DNA of 64,000 bases from Octopus vulgaris (lineage: Eukaryota). The notes under the pieces are model-generated. The model had not been told where the DNA came from. It saw only the letters and a program-made list of their open reading frames with translations, and did no database searches. This document shows, piece by piece, positions 51,056 through 64,000 of the stretch; position 1 is the stretch's first letter, and each line of letters starts with the position of its first letter. The stretch spans positions 31,930,001 to 31,994,000 of the forward strand of contig OX597838.1 in assembly GCA_951406725.2 (NCBI GenBank). Direction: 5' to 3'. The position numbers were made by a program, and so were the translations under genes.

Positions 51056-51324
51056 GTATATATATATATATGTGTGTCTGTCTGTATGTATATACACACC
51101 TGCATTCACTCCTACCACCCACCATGTATTAAGTATGAAATTTACATAAAGTGGTTCTACTTGAACACAAGGTGGTGGAGATCAGATATATTTGCATACC
51201 GTAAATAGTTCAACTTCATTAACAACAGCAACAACAACTGGAGATAAAAATAAAACATCAAACGTTTGTTTCCCCCCCCCCGTCACTTTGGGTAGGTGGG
51301 GTGGGTGAGGTAAGTTGGGTAGAT

Positions 51325-51790
51325 ATGTAGTTTGGGATTGGTCTGTGAGTGAGTATGGGGTATATATGGTTTGGATTTAGTGGTCACTTTGCAAGTGAGT
51401 TGAGGGTGTGTGCAGAGACATGTAGTTTGGGATTGGTCTGTGAGTGAGTATGGGGTATATACGGTTTGGATTTAGTGGTTACTTTGCAAGTGAGTTGAGG
51501 GTGTGTGCAGAGACATGTAGTTTGGGATTGGTCTGTGAGAGAGTATGGGGTATATAAGTGGTCACTTTGCAAGTGAGTTGAGGGTGTGTGCAGAGACATG
51601 TAGTTTGGGATTGGTCTGTGAGAGAGTATGGGGTATATATGGTTTGGATTTAGTGGTCACTTTGCAAGTGAGTTGAGGGTGTGTGCAGAGACATGTAGTT
51701 TGGGATTGGTCAGTGAGTGAGTATGGGGTATATATGGTTTGGAGTTAGTGGTCACTCTGCAAGTGAAGAGCTCATGTGGTTTAGGACTGG
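51325..51790 (+). repeat. 95-bp tandem repeat, about 5 copies
   Basis: ATGTAGTTTGGGATTGG at 51325, 51420, 51515, 51598, 51693. Confidence 0.92.
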
Positions 51791-51849
51791 TCACTGAGTA
51801 AGTGAGAGAGAGTTGTGTGGATTCAGTTTGCTGGTCACTTTAGTATATA

Positions 51850-52066
51850 CGAAGGGGTGCTGAAAGGTTCCTGGCTTTAAGGGTATTGTGAAAGGCCTGG
51901 TTGGAGGCCCAGCATTCCGAGTTCTTTTACAGGGTTTAGGAAAACTGAAGGACCACTGCATTAATTATGTGAATCTGAGAGGGGAACATGTTGAATAAAA
52001 TCATTATTAACTGATCCTCCAGTATTTTTTTTTATCCAAAGCCAGGAACTTTTCAGTGTCCCATCG
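51850..52066 (+). mobile_element. Mariner-derived MITE (different subfamily)
   Basis: TA TSD; TIR CGA..GGTGCTGAAAGGTTCCTGGCTTT / AAAGCCAGGAACTTTTCAG..TCG; interior reads like a transposase C-terminus (..KLKDHCINYVNLRGEHVE*). Confidence 0.75.
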
Positions 52067-54464
52067 TATAACATTAATGCTGTTAGATGCCAGATCAGAC
52101 TGGAGCCTGGTGCAGCCTCCTGGCTTTCCAGACCCCGGTCGAATCATCCAGTCCATGCTAGCATGGAAAACGGACATTAAATGATGATGATGATGTAGAG
52201 TGGTGTGTCTTGTCTAAGGTTTAAAGCCAGTATATATGACATAATCATAGATATGTGTACACAGACTGGTGAGTCTTGTCTCGGGTTCAGTGTTTTAGTA
52301 TTTATGTGGCTGTGTGGTTAGGAAGCTTGCTTCTCAACCCACATGGTTCTGGGTTCAGTTCCATTGCATGATACCTTGGGTTACTGTTTTGTGCTATAGA
52401 TTCAGGCTGACCGAAGCCTTGTGATTAAATTTGGTTAGCAGAAGTTTCTGTCATGTGTATATGTGTGCGTAAAAGTGCTTGTGCCTCTTTTAAAAGATAG
52501 GAGGGGAAACGTTAACCCTTTAGTGTTCAGATCATTCTGTCAAATGTGATGTTTGTTTATTTATATTGTTTTGAATTAATCATGCATTATCTTGTAGTTT
52601 AGAGATTGCAGTGATGTGATTTTTTTAGTTTTAGAATGACATGGTAGGGCTGAGGTGAGAGGTGAGATCTGGTCAGTTTCAATATAAAACAGGTTGAATA
52701 TTTTGGCTGGATATGGCCGGTTTGAATGCTAAAGGGTTAATGATGTTAGATATATTGATGTATAGAGTGGTGTGTCTTGCCTTAGGTTTATCACTGGTAT
52801 TTCCAACACTAATGCTGTTACACACGTGTATAAAGCATGGTTTATCTTGCTTAAGGTTTAATACAAATGATGTTGCATAACACCAATGATGTTGTTATGT
52901 TCCTAAAACTTAGAAAATCATGATTTCCTGTCTAATTTGGTGGTGGATTTCTATACTAAAGTTCTTGTGTCAACAGAAAGTCCAGGTGTGACCAGCTGGA
53001 GCAACATAGCACTGATTTTATAGGGTTGTACTTGAATGTTACTAGGTTACACATATCTCCTTATTTTATCTTCCCTGCAATATAATGTTATAGGCCCTTT
53101 CTGCCCCTCTGGTGTTACCCCCCCCCCCCCTCCCATCAGTATAATGGAACTGACCTATGAGATGATTTATTGCATGTCTGCCATTTAATCTGATCCTAAG
53201 TAATTCTTTTATAATGTCTGAGAATTATCATTGTTAATACTTTGGTATTTGGTGTTAGAGGAGGGGAGAGAGAAAGGGGAGAGGGAGAGAGAAATATGAG
53301 AGAAAGGGAGCATCTCCAAACGTAACACACCATCACGAGAGAACACCAAATTAACTTCAAACTAAATGAAGGGGTTCCTGTGTGGTTGCTTGATCTATTA
53401 GAAATAGCAGCTGTGCCTTCCTCAGCTCACATCCCACTCTCTTGAAAAAAGGGTCACATTAGAAAATGTTGTCTCGGATCCTCAGCAAATAGGAAAAAGA
53501 CAGGTTGGTCATGATTGGAAGGCTTTTGATCATAGATCTTGATCAAGGCTGACAACAACATTATTGTCATATGGAAAATCTTCACAAAATTTATTAAAAT
53601 TAAAAAAAAAAAAGAAAACAAGTAAAATTGAAATTTGATGTTAAAAACTAGTAAAACGGAGATTATGGTCTTGAGGTTTCATATTTTGGTGAAAAGTATT
53701 GCTGATTTAAATATCTGTACTTGACTGATATTTAATTTATTACTACTAGCTTAGTACCCGTCCAAAATGACAGGATTTATTTCTGTCTCATTTCAGAAAT
53801 ACTTAATATTTTTGTTTCAAACTTTGCTCCATGTTTTATTTTGTTTTCTTTCTGTTATTCACTTTTTTTTTTACCTTCACTCACTTGCCTTTGTTACTCT
53901 CACTTACTCACTCATATTGTTGTTTCTTTTACTTTCTATCTATCTATCTATTCTATCTATCTATTGATTGATCAGTGGCTTGTAACAATTTCATCAATTC
54001 CCTGCTATAAACTGAATAGGATCAGATGGCTCAACAGGCCCTGATTGGATCAGGTCAAACCATCCAACCCATAGTAGCTTAGCAGGCAGATGTATGATGA
54101 TGATGATGATATAATACACACACACACATACACACACACACACAGCCTTCTTTATTCCAATGTGCCCTTTCCCCCATATTCTGATATCATACACACATTT
54201 TTCTCTCTCCCACTTTCCCCGTCATTCAATCACTCTCTACACCTCGATTATTTTATCACGCTACCTCTCTAATTCTTCCCCTCCAACCTCACTATTGTTG
54301 AGCTTTGTCGTCTTTCCACATCACTCTTTTCTCCATCGTCCCTATGTTTTACTGTCTATTTACATGATTTGCTTCTTATACAAGTTGTCGACTATTTTTC
54401 TCTCCATTCCATTTTGCCGATATCCATCATCCCTAACCAACAAAAACATCATGTCATGTGCTTG

Positions 54465-54809
54465 TACACTCGCCTCCTTATGAGAGCTCAAAATCTCTCG
54501 TGGAAGCGCCATCCAACCAAAATGCAAATATATGGGAAACTACCACCTGTGTCATCTCTTGTGAAAGGTAGGAGAGTCCAGTTTGCTGGACATTGTTGTA
54601 GAGCTGAAAACGAGGTAATTTCTACTCTTCTCCTCTGGAAGCCATCTACTCGCAATACCAGAGGGCGCACACTCTCCTACCCTGATGTAATCTCCAGGGA
54701 TACAGGCATCCAGCAACAGGACCTCCGTAATGCTATAATGGACCGTGAAGTCTGGCGTAACATAGTAAATTCCATTGTCTCGACCACGGTCGAACAATGA
54801 AGATGATGA
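54465..54809 (+). mobile_element. RTE-like LINE 3' fragment
   Basis: YTRLLMRAQNLSWKRHPTK..DREVWRNIV; same family as 10714-11300. Confidence 0.85.
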
Positions 54810-55261
54810 ACTTGTCATTTCATGGTAGTTGATTAGCTTGAGTCGACGGGGTTCCCAATGAAATGCTTTGTGACACTCATTCTGATTCTCTGCTCAAGAA
54901 ACCAAGGTTGGGCCACTGGGATGTTGCCAGGTGCTCACTGCATACTTACTTGCTATTTCTAGTTGATCAAGTGAGTACATAGAGGCTCCCTCGTTTGGTA
55001 TGAAGTTTTGGCGAAAGGGTTATGATCAGGGCTGGTCCTTTTCTCTTATATTCCTCTGTTTCTTCCTTCTCTCTCCATCTCTCTCTCTCTCACCCACCAA
55101 ATATTGAGGTATTAACAATAATGATGTTCAAACATTATGGAAAAGCACTTAGGATCAGATTAAACGGCAGGCATGCAATGAATTATCTCATTGGTCAGTT
55201 CCATTGCGTTGATGAAGGAGAAAGGTCACCAGGAGGGTGGAAAGGTGTTATAGCATTAGAC

Positions 55262-56836
55262 CAGGAGTCACCAAAGGGGGTTCGAGGGACATCCCTAGAG
55301 GTCAGAAAGGAATTACAGGGGGTTGATGATAGCCAAGGGGTTGAATGGGGGTCGGCATGCAAAAGACTAGCTCTCCCAGATAAACTGGTTGAAATACTTA
55401 GCGCCGTGAAATGTGGGAAGACATGAGGCATTTTCCTAATTTTCTAACCATGAAAACAATTTCATAAAAATCGAAAGTTTAATACTGTATACTCGTATAT
55501 GAAGTTTTAAATGTAAAAAGTGTGTCATCTTCAATAGAATTCCTTAATTTGCTGTACATGTATATTTTAACTAACATTTTCATTGCCAGCATCAATACCT
55601 GGTAAGCATTTAAGATATGGTACGGTAGGGTAGGAGTATTAAGATATTTTAAATGAGGAGGGTGGTTGATGTGAAAGGAGAAGTGGCTAAAGGGGTTCGA
55701 TGTGGAAGGAGAAGTTGCTAAAGGGGTTCGATGTGAAAGGAGAAGTGGCTAAAGGGGGTCGATGTGGAAGCAGAGGTGGCTAAAGGGGTTCGATGTGGAA
55801 GGAGAAGTTGCTAAAGGGGTTCGATGTGGAAGGAGAAGTGGCTAAAGGGGTTCGATGTGGAAGGAGAAGTGGCTAAAGGGGGTCGATGTGGAAGGAGAAG
55901 TGGCTAAAGGGGGTCAATGTGGAAGGAGAAGTGGCTAAAGGGGGTCGATGTGGAAGGAGAAGTTGCTAAAGGGGTTCGATGTGGAAGGAGAAGTGGCTAA
56001 AGGGGGTCAATATGGAAGGAGAAGTGGCTAAAGGGGGTCGATGTGGAAGGAGAAGTTGCTAAAGGGGGTCAATGTGGAAGCAGAGGTGGCTAAAGGGGTT
56101 CGATGTGGAAGGAGAAGTTGCTAAAGGGGTTCGATGTGGAAGGAGAAGTGGCTAAAGGGGTTCGATGTGGAAGGAGAAGTTGCTAAAGGGGTTCGATGTG
56201 GAAGGAGAAGTGGCTAAAGGGGTGCGATGTGGAAGGAGAAGTGGCTAAAGGGGGTCGATGTGGAAGCAGAGGTGGCTAAAGGGGCTCGATGTGGAAGGAG
56301 AAGTGGCTAAAGGGGTTCGATGTGGAAGGAGAAGTGGCTAAAGGGGGTCGATGTGGAAGGAGAAGTTGCTAAAGGGGTTCGATGTGGAAGGAGAAGTGGC
56401 TAAAGGGGTGCGATGTGGAAGGAGAAGTGGCTAAAGGGGGTCAATGTGGAAGGAGAAGTGGCTAAAGGGGTGCGATGTGGAAAGAGAAGTAGCTAAAGGG
56501 GGTCAATGTGGAAGGAGAAGTGGCTAAAGGGGGTCGATGTGGAAGGAGAAGTGGCTAAAGGGGGTCAATGTGGAAGGAGAAGTGGCTAAAGGTGTGCGAT
56601 GTGGAAGAAGTGGCTAAAGGGGGTCAATGTGGAAGGAGAAGTAGCTAAAGGGGGTCGATGTGGAAGGAGAAGTGGCTAAAGGGGGTCAATGTGGAAGGAG
56701 AAGTAGCTAAAGGGGGTCGATGTGGAAGGAGAAGTGGCTAAAGGGGGTCAATGTGGAAGGAGAAGTAGCTAAAGGGGTTCGATGTGGAAGAAGTGGCTAA
56801 AGGGGGTCGATGGTTGAAAAAGTTTGGAGACCCCTG
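55262..56836. mobile_element. hAT non-autonomous element containing a 31-bp minisatellite
   Basis: TIRs CAGGAGTCACCAAA / TTTGGAGACCCCTG; 8-bp TSD CATTAGAC/TATTAGAC. Confidence 0.8.
55668..56811 (+). repeat. 31-bp purine-rich minisatellite, about 37 copies
   Basis: Unit GATGTGGAAGGAGAAGTGGCTAAAGGGG(G/T)TC. Confidence 0.95.
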
Positions 56837-57106
56837 TATTAGACCAACAAGAACAGACTTAAGATACAAGATTAGAGACAGTGCTGTGTTGGTGCCACCA
56901 GCAGCTGGACCAGTCCAAGATGCATGCAGGGTGATGAAACTATTTGGCATGGGCTCATTCAGTGTCCATATGTTACTGATTTGTGGGCCTATGTTAAACT
57001 TCTGATATCGCATGTGGAATAGGCGTGGTCACTGTGGTAAGTAAAAGAAATCAATATTAGCATTTTAATAATAATAATAATTATATAATAATAATAATAA
57101 TAATAA

Positions 57107-57277
57107 GGCGCTGGAGTGGCTGTGTGGTAAGTAGCTTGTTTACCAACCACATGGTTCCGGGTTCAGTCCCACTGCGTGGCACCTTGGGCAAGTGTCTTCT
57201 ACTATAGCCTCGGGCTGACCAAAGCCTTGTGAGTGGATTTGGTTGACGGAAACTGAAAGAAGTCCGTCGTATATATG

Positions 57278-57308
<31 letters not shown>

Positions 57309-57520
57309 ATATGTTTGTGTGTCTGTGTTTGTCCCCCTAGTATTGCTTGACAACCGATGCTGGTGTGTTTATGTCCCCATTACTTAGAGGTTCGGCAAAA
57401 GAGATCGACAGAATAAGTACTAGGCTTACAAAAAAAGAATAAGTCCCGGGGTCAAGTTGCTCGATTAATGGCGGTGCTCCAGCATGGCCGCAGTCAAATG
57501 GCTGAAACAAGTAAAAGAGT
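57107..57520 (+). mobile_element. tRNA-SINE family A
   Basis: Full length, inserted in (TAA)n. Confidence 0.88.
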
Positions 57521-57769
57521 AATAATAATAATAATAATAATAACAACAATAGTGTTTTAAAGAAGTAAATAAACCAACAAGCAGTAAGGTTAATTTAAAA
57601 TTAAATAAGGGACTGAGTGAAATACTGGAAACAATGTAAGCATTGATGTGTAGACTGAGTAGAGGAGGAGGAGGAATATAGCAATCAATGAAAGTTTACT
57701 CAGGGCTCAGCCCTCGTCTAGTGTGCTTTATAAAGGGTATGTAACTATTGTACTTTATACACAGCACTC

Positions 57770-58171
57770 GGATCTTTTCGGTTTGAACGGCAGGTTTTAA
57801 CATAATTTCTAGGTAACTGAAAAATTTTAAACTTCGTATACTGGTAGAATGTGTTTATAAAACATCTTTTTCTCTTGGCTTTATTGAGAAAATTCTATAG
57901 TTTGTAATATATTTCTTGCATTTCGGCAATTTCAACCAATCAATGACCGTCTATTGAGGTAAAAAAAACATTCTGTGCCGTATGAATATGTCCCTCGTTT
58001 AAGAAACAGATTGGGTTTACTTACATTTCTGAAGAAAAAAAGATACCCTTCCCCCCACCCCTAACCCTAAAACAGATTGAAATGCAATAGATCGATACTA
58101 GGGTCATAATTATGAGTGACAATTTCATATGACACCACTAGAAAAAACTGCCGTTTAAACCGAAAAGATCC
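57770..58171. mobile_element. TIR MITE, Merlin- or MULE-like
   Basis: TIR GGATCTTTTCGGTTTGAACGGCAG / CTGCCGTTTAAACCGAAAAGATCC; 8-bp TSD CAGCACTC/CAGTACTC. Confidence 0.8.
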
Positions 58172-61100
58172 CAGTACTCTACTGATGTACTTTATAAGCA
58201 GTATTCAGATATTTTACTTTACAAGCTGTACTCAGCTATTGTACTTCTTACACAGCACTCAGTTATTGTACTTTAGAAAGAGTACCCAGCAACCATACCC
58301 TGTACACAACCATTGTAGACAATATATAATACTAATTTACACTACACTCAAGTACTGTAAGCAGTACTTCATTCACGTACTCTGTACTCGATGCATAGTA
58401 CTCAGTCAGCTAATGTTCTCAGGACATGGTACTCAGATTTCTGTGTAAATTGTTCTGAATGTAGGGTACTCTGTATACACTTCTTGCACAATGCTCTGAA
58501 CTCAGTCAGTGTACTCTGTAGACTGTACTGTGTACTGAACCAGTGTACAAAGTACATTGTTCTCACTGCACACAATATTTTGTACTCAACCAGTGTACTT
58601 TGCACATATTTCTCACTGCACACAATATGCTGTACTCATCTACTGTACGCAGCTGAGTATATTGTCCTCTTAACAATCCAACCACTCAGTCATTGGACTA
58701 AAAAAGAGTTATTTGCATTCAGCTACTCTACACACCAGGCTGCACTCAACACCACACTCAGAATGAAAGCTCAACTCAATGTCACTATATTCTGAATTGG
58801 TGCAAAACAGAACTTCTCTCTCTCTACACATACACACATACTTCACACACACATACACACACACAAACAAGCAAACACACACACACATATACAATTCATT
58901 CATGCACATATTCTGTACACTTCACATGCACACGCTGAGGTGTGTGTGAGCAGAACTATAGCAGCAGCAACAACAACAACAACCACACCCTGACATCTGT
59001 GTTCCTCCACACCCACCCCTCCTATTACACACCCAAATGAATATAAAACATCATTTTTGCTATTTTTTTTCTGAAATTACAGCCTAATTTCCCAATTAAC
59101 AGTCAGTTACTAATTTAACTTTTCCCACACCTTCCACATGCCCACCTCTCCCCACTAATTTGTTAATTATCAAACCTACCACCACACTTCCAATTACCCT
59201 CTCACATATGTCCCAGATCTTTATTAATTCACCCTTGCAGTATTTTAAAATCACCCAACGTAACAGGAAAATCCCTTTCTTTAAAATGAAGGGTCCCGTA
59301 AGCCCCATCATGCAAGCTTCTATGTAGTTCTGTGACCTTACTCAATGTAATCATCAGATCTCCTTCGGTAAACTCCCTTCACTCTCTTTAACATGGGGAC
59401 CACATAAGCCCTGCAGGAAAGCTTCTATGTCATTTGAGGACCTTACTCAATACAACAGCCATATCTTTCTTAAAGCTAAGTCACCATGTGAGCTGCTAAG
59501 CATTAAAGCCCCAAATCCATTAAGGACAGAAAAGCAGTTAAAGCTTTCTGAACCATCAGGGGTTGTCAGTGAGATAAGGAAAATATCTAGCAAGATAGAG
59601 TGCATCCTGGTTTAATACACAGTCCGACAGGTAACACAGGGAGGTGTTGTCCCACGACTGGTCTGTCATCATCATCGACTGCTACAAGATCAAAAGAGAT
59701 GTTTTTAAGAACAAATAACAATAGATGTGTGAAACTGATGGAGTAAGTTATGAAAGTAATAGAGAGTTTTAGTACAACTGACGATGAAGAAGAGAATTAG
59801 ATAAGATTTAGTTTAGATTTGTGTCCGGTCAGACTAGTATCACCAATGTCTTTTTCTTTGAGAGGTAATTACAAGAAAAATTCTTAGCTAAGAATTAACT
59901 GCCTACCTGGTATCTGTTTATATAGAGAAGGTCTTTAACAGTTTTAGAAAATGTGCGGGCTAAAACTACGCGCCTTCACTAGTCAGTTAAGGTGAGACAG
60001 TGTCACATGACAACTTGCTTGGGCAGGCTGCTGGAGCCTACCGGCAGGTATTTAAAGGGGAAAATTTGACAAGTCAGTCAGTCACCGGCTGGCACTCACT
60101 GACGATACATCGAAGAGGCCAGGGAACAGAAGAAGGAAGACATGCACCCAACACCAGAGCTGAAGACACCTCCAAAAGGGGGGGGGGGGGCACCACGTCA
60201 AAACGGTAGAGGAGTAGGGGCCGAAACTGGACGTGGTTCCTCCTGATGATGTCTTGAGCTAACTGGATCCTATAAAGGAGCTGTTGTGGTAGCAGACCAC
60301 GAAACACGGTTGTAATTCCCCACACTAAGCTCTGTGAATCTGGTGTTCTTTAAAAGGAATGGCTTGAGAGCAGTGCAGCCATGTATGAAGATACCACCAG
60401 CAAGGTGTGGATTGGGCAGTGGGTTTGATTAGGAATTTAGTGTACATGTCTCTATATATAGATGCGTGTGTGTTTGTGTGTGTGTGTATCAAAAGGAATC
60501 TTAGTCTTGCATGCTCTAGGGTGATTTCACTTGGGCTGGAGCCACAAAAAAAGCACCCAGTACACTCTGGAAAGGGGTTGGCATTAGGAGGGGCACTCAG
60601 TTATAGAAACCAGACCAAAACAGATATTGGAGCACAGAGTAGTCCTTTGACTAGAATATGGGGCATCCTTGTGGCTATGGAGTATATATTCGTTTAGAGA
60701 GGGATAGGAATGTAAGTGCCATTCTGGGGCAGAATATGGACGAGGCTCTGGAAACAACCACAGAATCAGTAAGTATTAATAGAAGATAATCTATCTTCAC
60801 ATTACAAAATATATGACACGAGTAGAACAGTGTTTCAGACAAGAGCAAAGGAACATTGACACCGGTTTCATTGAAAGGGTCCTACTGTCGTTTCTCTGTC
60901 AGAGCAACACATCCGAAATGAACTGACATAGCTGCAGGCTTTCGACACTGGATCAGACTCTACTAAATGAATTTAGTATGTTTGTGTGTCAGTGTTTGTC
61001 CCATCCAACATCGCTTGACAACCGATGCTGGTGTGTTTATGTCCCCGTAACTTAGCAGTTCGGCAAAAGAGACCGACAGAATAAGTACTAGGCTTACAAA

Positions 61101-61379
61101 AAAGAATAAGTCCCGGGGTCGAGTTGCTCGATTAATGGCGGTGCGACTAAGAAGAAACAGTAGAGCTACATGGGGAAAATGGTGGGAAAAGGAAAACAAA
61201 CTGTAGATTGTTAATGGTTGCAATGACATGTAGCCTCTGTGTCAAAATATAACGGATGTTTGTGGCCCTTGAGAAAGGAGTGGCCTTGAGCTAAAGTCAA
61301 CTGGGAGATTAACAGTATTCCAGGGAAAGGGATAAACACTTGATTATTTTATAGAAAGCTTTTGTCAAAATATTCGCTA

Positions 61380-61565
61380 GGTGCAGGAGTGGCTGTGTGG
61401 TAAGTAGCTTGCTAACCAACCACATGGTTTGGGGTTCAGTCCCACTGCGTGGCATCTTGGGCAAGTGTCTTCTGCTATAGCCTCGGGCCGACCAATGCCT
61501 TGTGAGTGGATTTGGTAGACGGAAACTGAAAGAAGCCTGTCGTATATATCATCATCATCATCATG

Positions 61566-61596
<31 letters not shown>

Positions 61597-61790
61597 CCCC
61601 CTAGCATTGCTTGACAACCGATGCTGGTGTGTTTACGTCCCCGTCACTTAGCGGTTCGGCAAAAGAGATCGATAGAATAAGTACTGGGCTTACAAAGAAT
61701 AAGTCCTGGGGTCGATTTGCTCGACTAAAAGGCGGTGCTCCAGCACGGCCGCAGTCAAATGACTGAAACAAGTAAAAGAGTAAAAGAGTA
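61380..61790 (+). mobile_element. tRNA-SINE family A
   Basis: Full length. Confidence 0.88.
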
Positions 61791-61907
61791 CCAGCAAAAG
61801 GTGAAATATTGTGACTAATAAGTATTATTCAGTTTATTGCAAAAAAAAAAACTTGAGATATGGATGTTTTAGCACAAATAAATATAGAAACCAAGTATTT
61901 GTGATGT

Positions 61908-62324
61908 TACTCTTTTACTTGTTTCAGTCATTTGACTGTGGCCATGCTGGAGCACCGCCTTTAGTCGAGCGAATCGACCCCCCCCCAGGACTTATTCTTT
62001 GGAAGCCAAGTACTTATTCTATCGGTCTCTTTTGTCGAACCGCTAAGTTACAGGGATGTAAACACACCACCATTGGTTGTCAAGCGATGTTGGGGGAGGA
62101 AGACAAACACAGACACATAAACATATACACACACATACATATATATGTATTCATATATACGAGGGGCTTCTTTAAGTTTCCATCTACCGAATCCACTGAC
62201 AAGGCTTTGGTTGGCCCGAGGCTATAGTAGAAGACACTTGCCCAAGGTGCCACGCAGTGGGACTGAACCTGGAACCATGGGGTTGGTAAGCAAGCTACTT
62301 ACTACACAGCCACTCCTACGCCTG
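61908..62324 (-). mobile_element. tRNA-SINE family A
   Basis: Full-length reverse complement. Confidence 0.88.
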
Positions 62325-62872
62325 CGAGACAGATTGTGAACATCATTTGGAAAGACATGGCCAACAATGCCATTATTCCAGGAAAAATTTTGTAGAAGAG
62401 ACACTGATGCAGCAGAATCTCTTGCGACTTGGCCAGATTTAAAGAATGGAGAAAATTTGGAGACCAACACAAATATTTTCCCCCTTGGCTGGCTGGTTGG
62501 CTGGCTGGTTGGCTGGTTGGTTGGTTGGTTGGTTGGTTGGCTGGCTGTGCAAGAAATCTCAATCAGTGCAGACCATGACTAAGATCCAAGGTTGTGATTT
62601 ATACTCAACATGGAGAACTTAAGCATTGATAGTCACAGTATTTGATATTTAATCATCTCGTGTTTAATCTCTGCAACCAGGGGGCGGGGATGGGGGAGAC
62701 CGATCCATTTTTTTTTTTTTTTAGTAGTATGGCCTATAATTAGACATATGGATAGTCCTCGCCAATATCGACGGACGGTTTAAGACGGTGATGATGACAA
62801 GGATATTGATGTAGAATTATAGAATTATAGGAATTTCTGCATTGCACTTTTATCTCCGATCAATGAGTGTAT

Positions 62873-63281
62873 ACTCTTTTACTCTTTCACTTGTTTCAGT
62901 CATTTGACTGTGGCCATGCTGGAGCACCGCCTTTAGTCGAGCAAATCGACCCCAGAACTTATTCTTTGTAAGCCCAGTACTTATTCTATCAGTCTCTTTT
63001 GCCGAACCGCTAAGTGACGGGGACGTAAACACACCAGCATCGGTTGTCAAGTGATGTTGGGGGACAAACACAGACACACAAACACACACACATACATATA
63101 TATACATATACATATATACGACAGGCTTCTTTCAGTTTCCGTCTACCAAATCCACTCACAAGGCTTTGGTCGGCCCGGGGCTATAGTAGAAGACACTTGC
63201 CCAAGGTCCCACGCAGTGGGACTGAACCCGGAACCATGTGGTTGGTTAGCAAGCTACTTACCACACAGCCACTCCTGCGCC
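62873..63281 (-). mobile_element. tRNA-SINE family A
   Basis: Full-length reverse complement. Confidence 0.88.
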
Positions 63282-63496
63282 TTGTATGTGTGTGTATTAT
63301 TTTTTAATTTTTTATTTTATCTAGTTTCAGCTCACGAGCTGTGGCCATGCTGGGGCACCGCCATTATGTGTGTGTGTGTGTATGTACATATATAAATATA
63401 TATATATGTATGTATATATATGTGTATGTATATATATGTGTATGTATATATATATATATGTATGTACATATATATGTATGTACATATATATGTATC

Positions 63497-63535
<39 letters not shown>

Positions 63536-63595
63536 GTATATATATATATATGTATGTATATATATGTATATATATGTATGTATATATATGTATAC

Positions 63596-63627
<32 letters not shown>

Positions 63628-63632
63628 GTGTA

Positions 63633-63666
<34 letters not shown>

Positions 63667-63809
63667 CTGGAGTAAACACATAAATGTGAAACAAGGTGGA
63701 AAAAAGAGTACTCAAATACCAGTGGTAGAGTAATATGCTTTATTTAAAGCAGCAGAAAATTCAACAAAACCTGTTACTCTGAGTTTCACGTTGCCGTTCG
63801 TCGGACAGT

Positions 63810-63810
<1 letters not shown>
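63667..63810 (-). mobile_element. Penelope-like relic in (TA)n carrying a hammerhead-like fold
   Basis: Same family as 7503-7693; TA runs on both sides. Confidence 0.65.
63771..63808 (-). ncRNA. Candidate minimal type I hammerhead ribozyme (U4C core variant)
   Basis: CTGT-CCGACGA-ACG GCAA CGT-GAAA-CTC A GAG-TA-ACAG: stem I, core, GNRA-capped stem II, GAAA, quasi-palindromic stem III, GUA site. Confidence 0.6.
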
Positions 63811-63841
<31 letters not shown>

Positions 63842-64000
63842 TACATGTATGTATATGTAATATTGGGTAATTCTATCTCTGCAACAAGGATCTCCGATGA
63901 AAATCAAGAAACATAATGCAGATGTTAAATCGACAATATAAGAAAACTAAGAATCATTACAATCATGATGATGATGATGATGTGGTGGTGGTGGAGATGA

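Noticed and set aside
58057-58070. Telomeric CCCTAA repeats
   Set aside because: Only two units, internal to a TIR MITE.
63332-63733. Many Tyr/Ile/Cys/Val-rich ORFs here and at 37901-38407 and 20459-20903
   Set aside because: Translations of (TA)n/(TG)n compound microsatellites.

Overview
Repeat-rich animal genomic DNA, most likely an octopus (coleoid cephalopod). That assignment is an inference from the tRNA-SINE families and the dense (TA)n/(CA)n/(GAT)n microsatellites. The only recognisable gene is the 3' part of BLTP2 (KIAA0100/Hobbit, bridge-like lipid transfer protein). I assembled it by hand as 14 phase-consistent + strand coding exons from 575 to the stop at 37469 (447 aa). One intron is non-canonical GC-AG (8086-16796). 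The rest is intronic or intergenic and packed with mobile DNA: two abundant tRNA-SINE families, RTE and CR1 LINE 3' fragments, two decayed D,D34D mariners, four non-autonomous Helitrons, hAT, piggyBac-like and Merlin-like MITEs, a solo LTR and several minisatellites. The most interesting signal is a set of short Penelope-like relics in at least four sequence-distinct families. They carry minimal type I hammerhead-ribozyme folds and/or fold-back arms, and inside the gene the intact-looking folds are antisense. Also notable: two minisatellites grown inside MITEs, an array of palindromic ACTCAnnTGAGT motifs, and inverted SINEs tightly flanking BLTP2 exons. Almost all ORFs in the supplied track are repeat artefacts.
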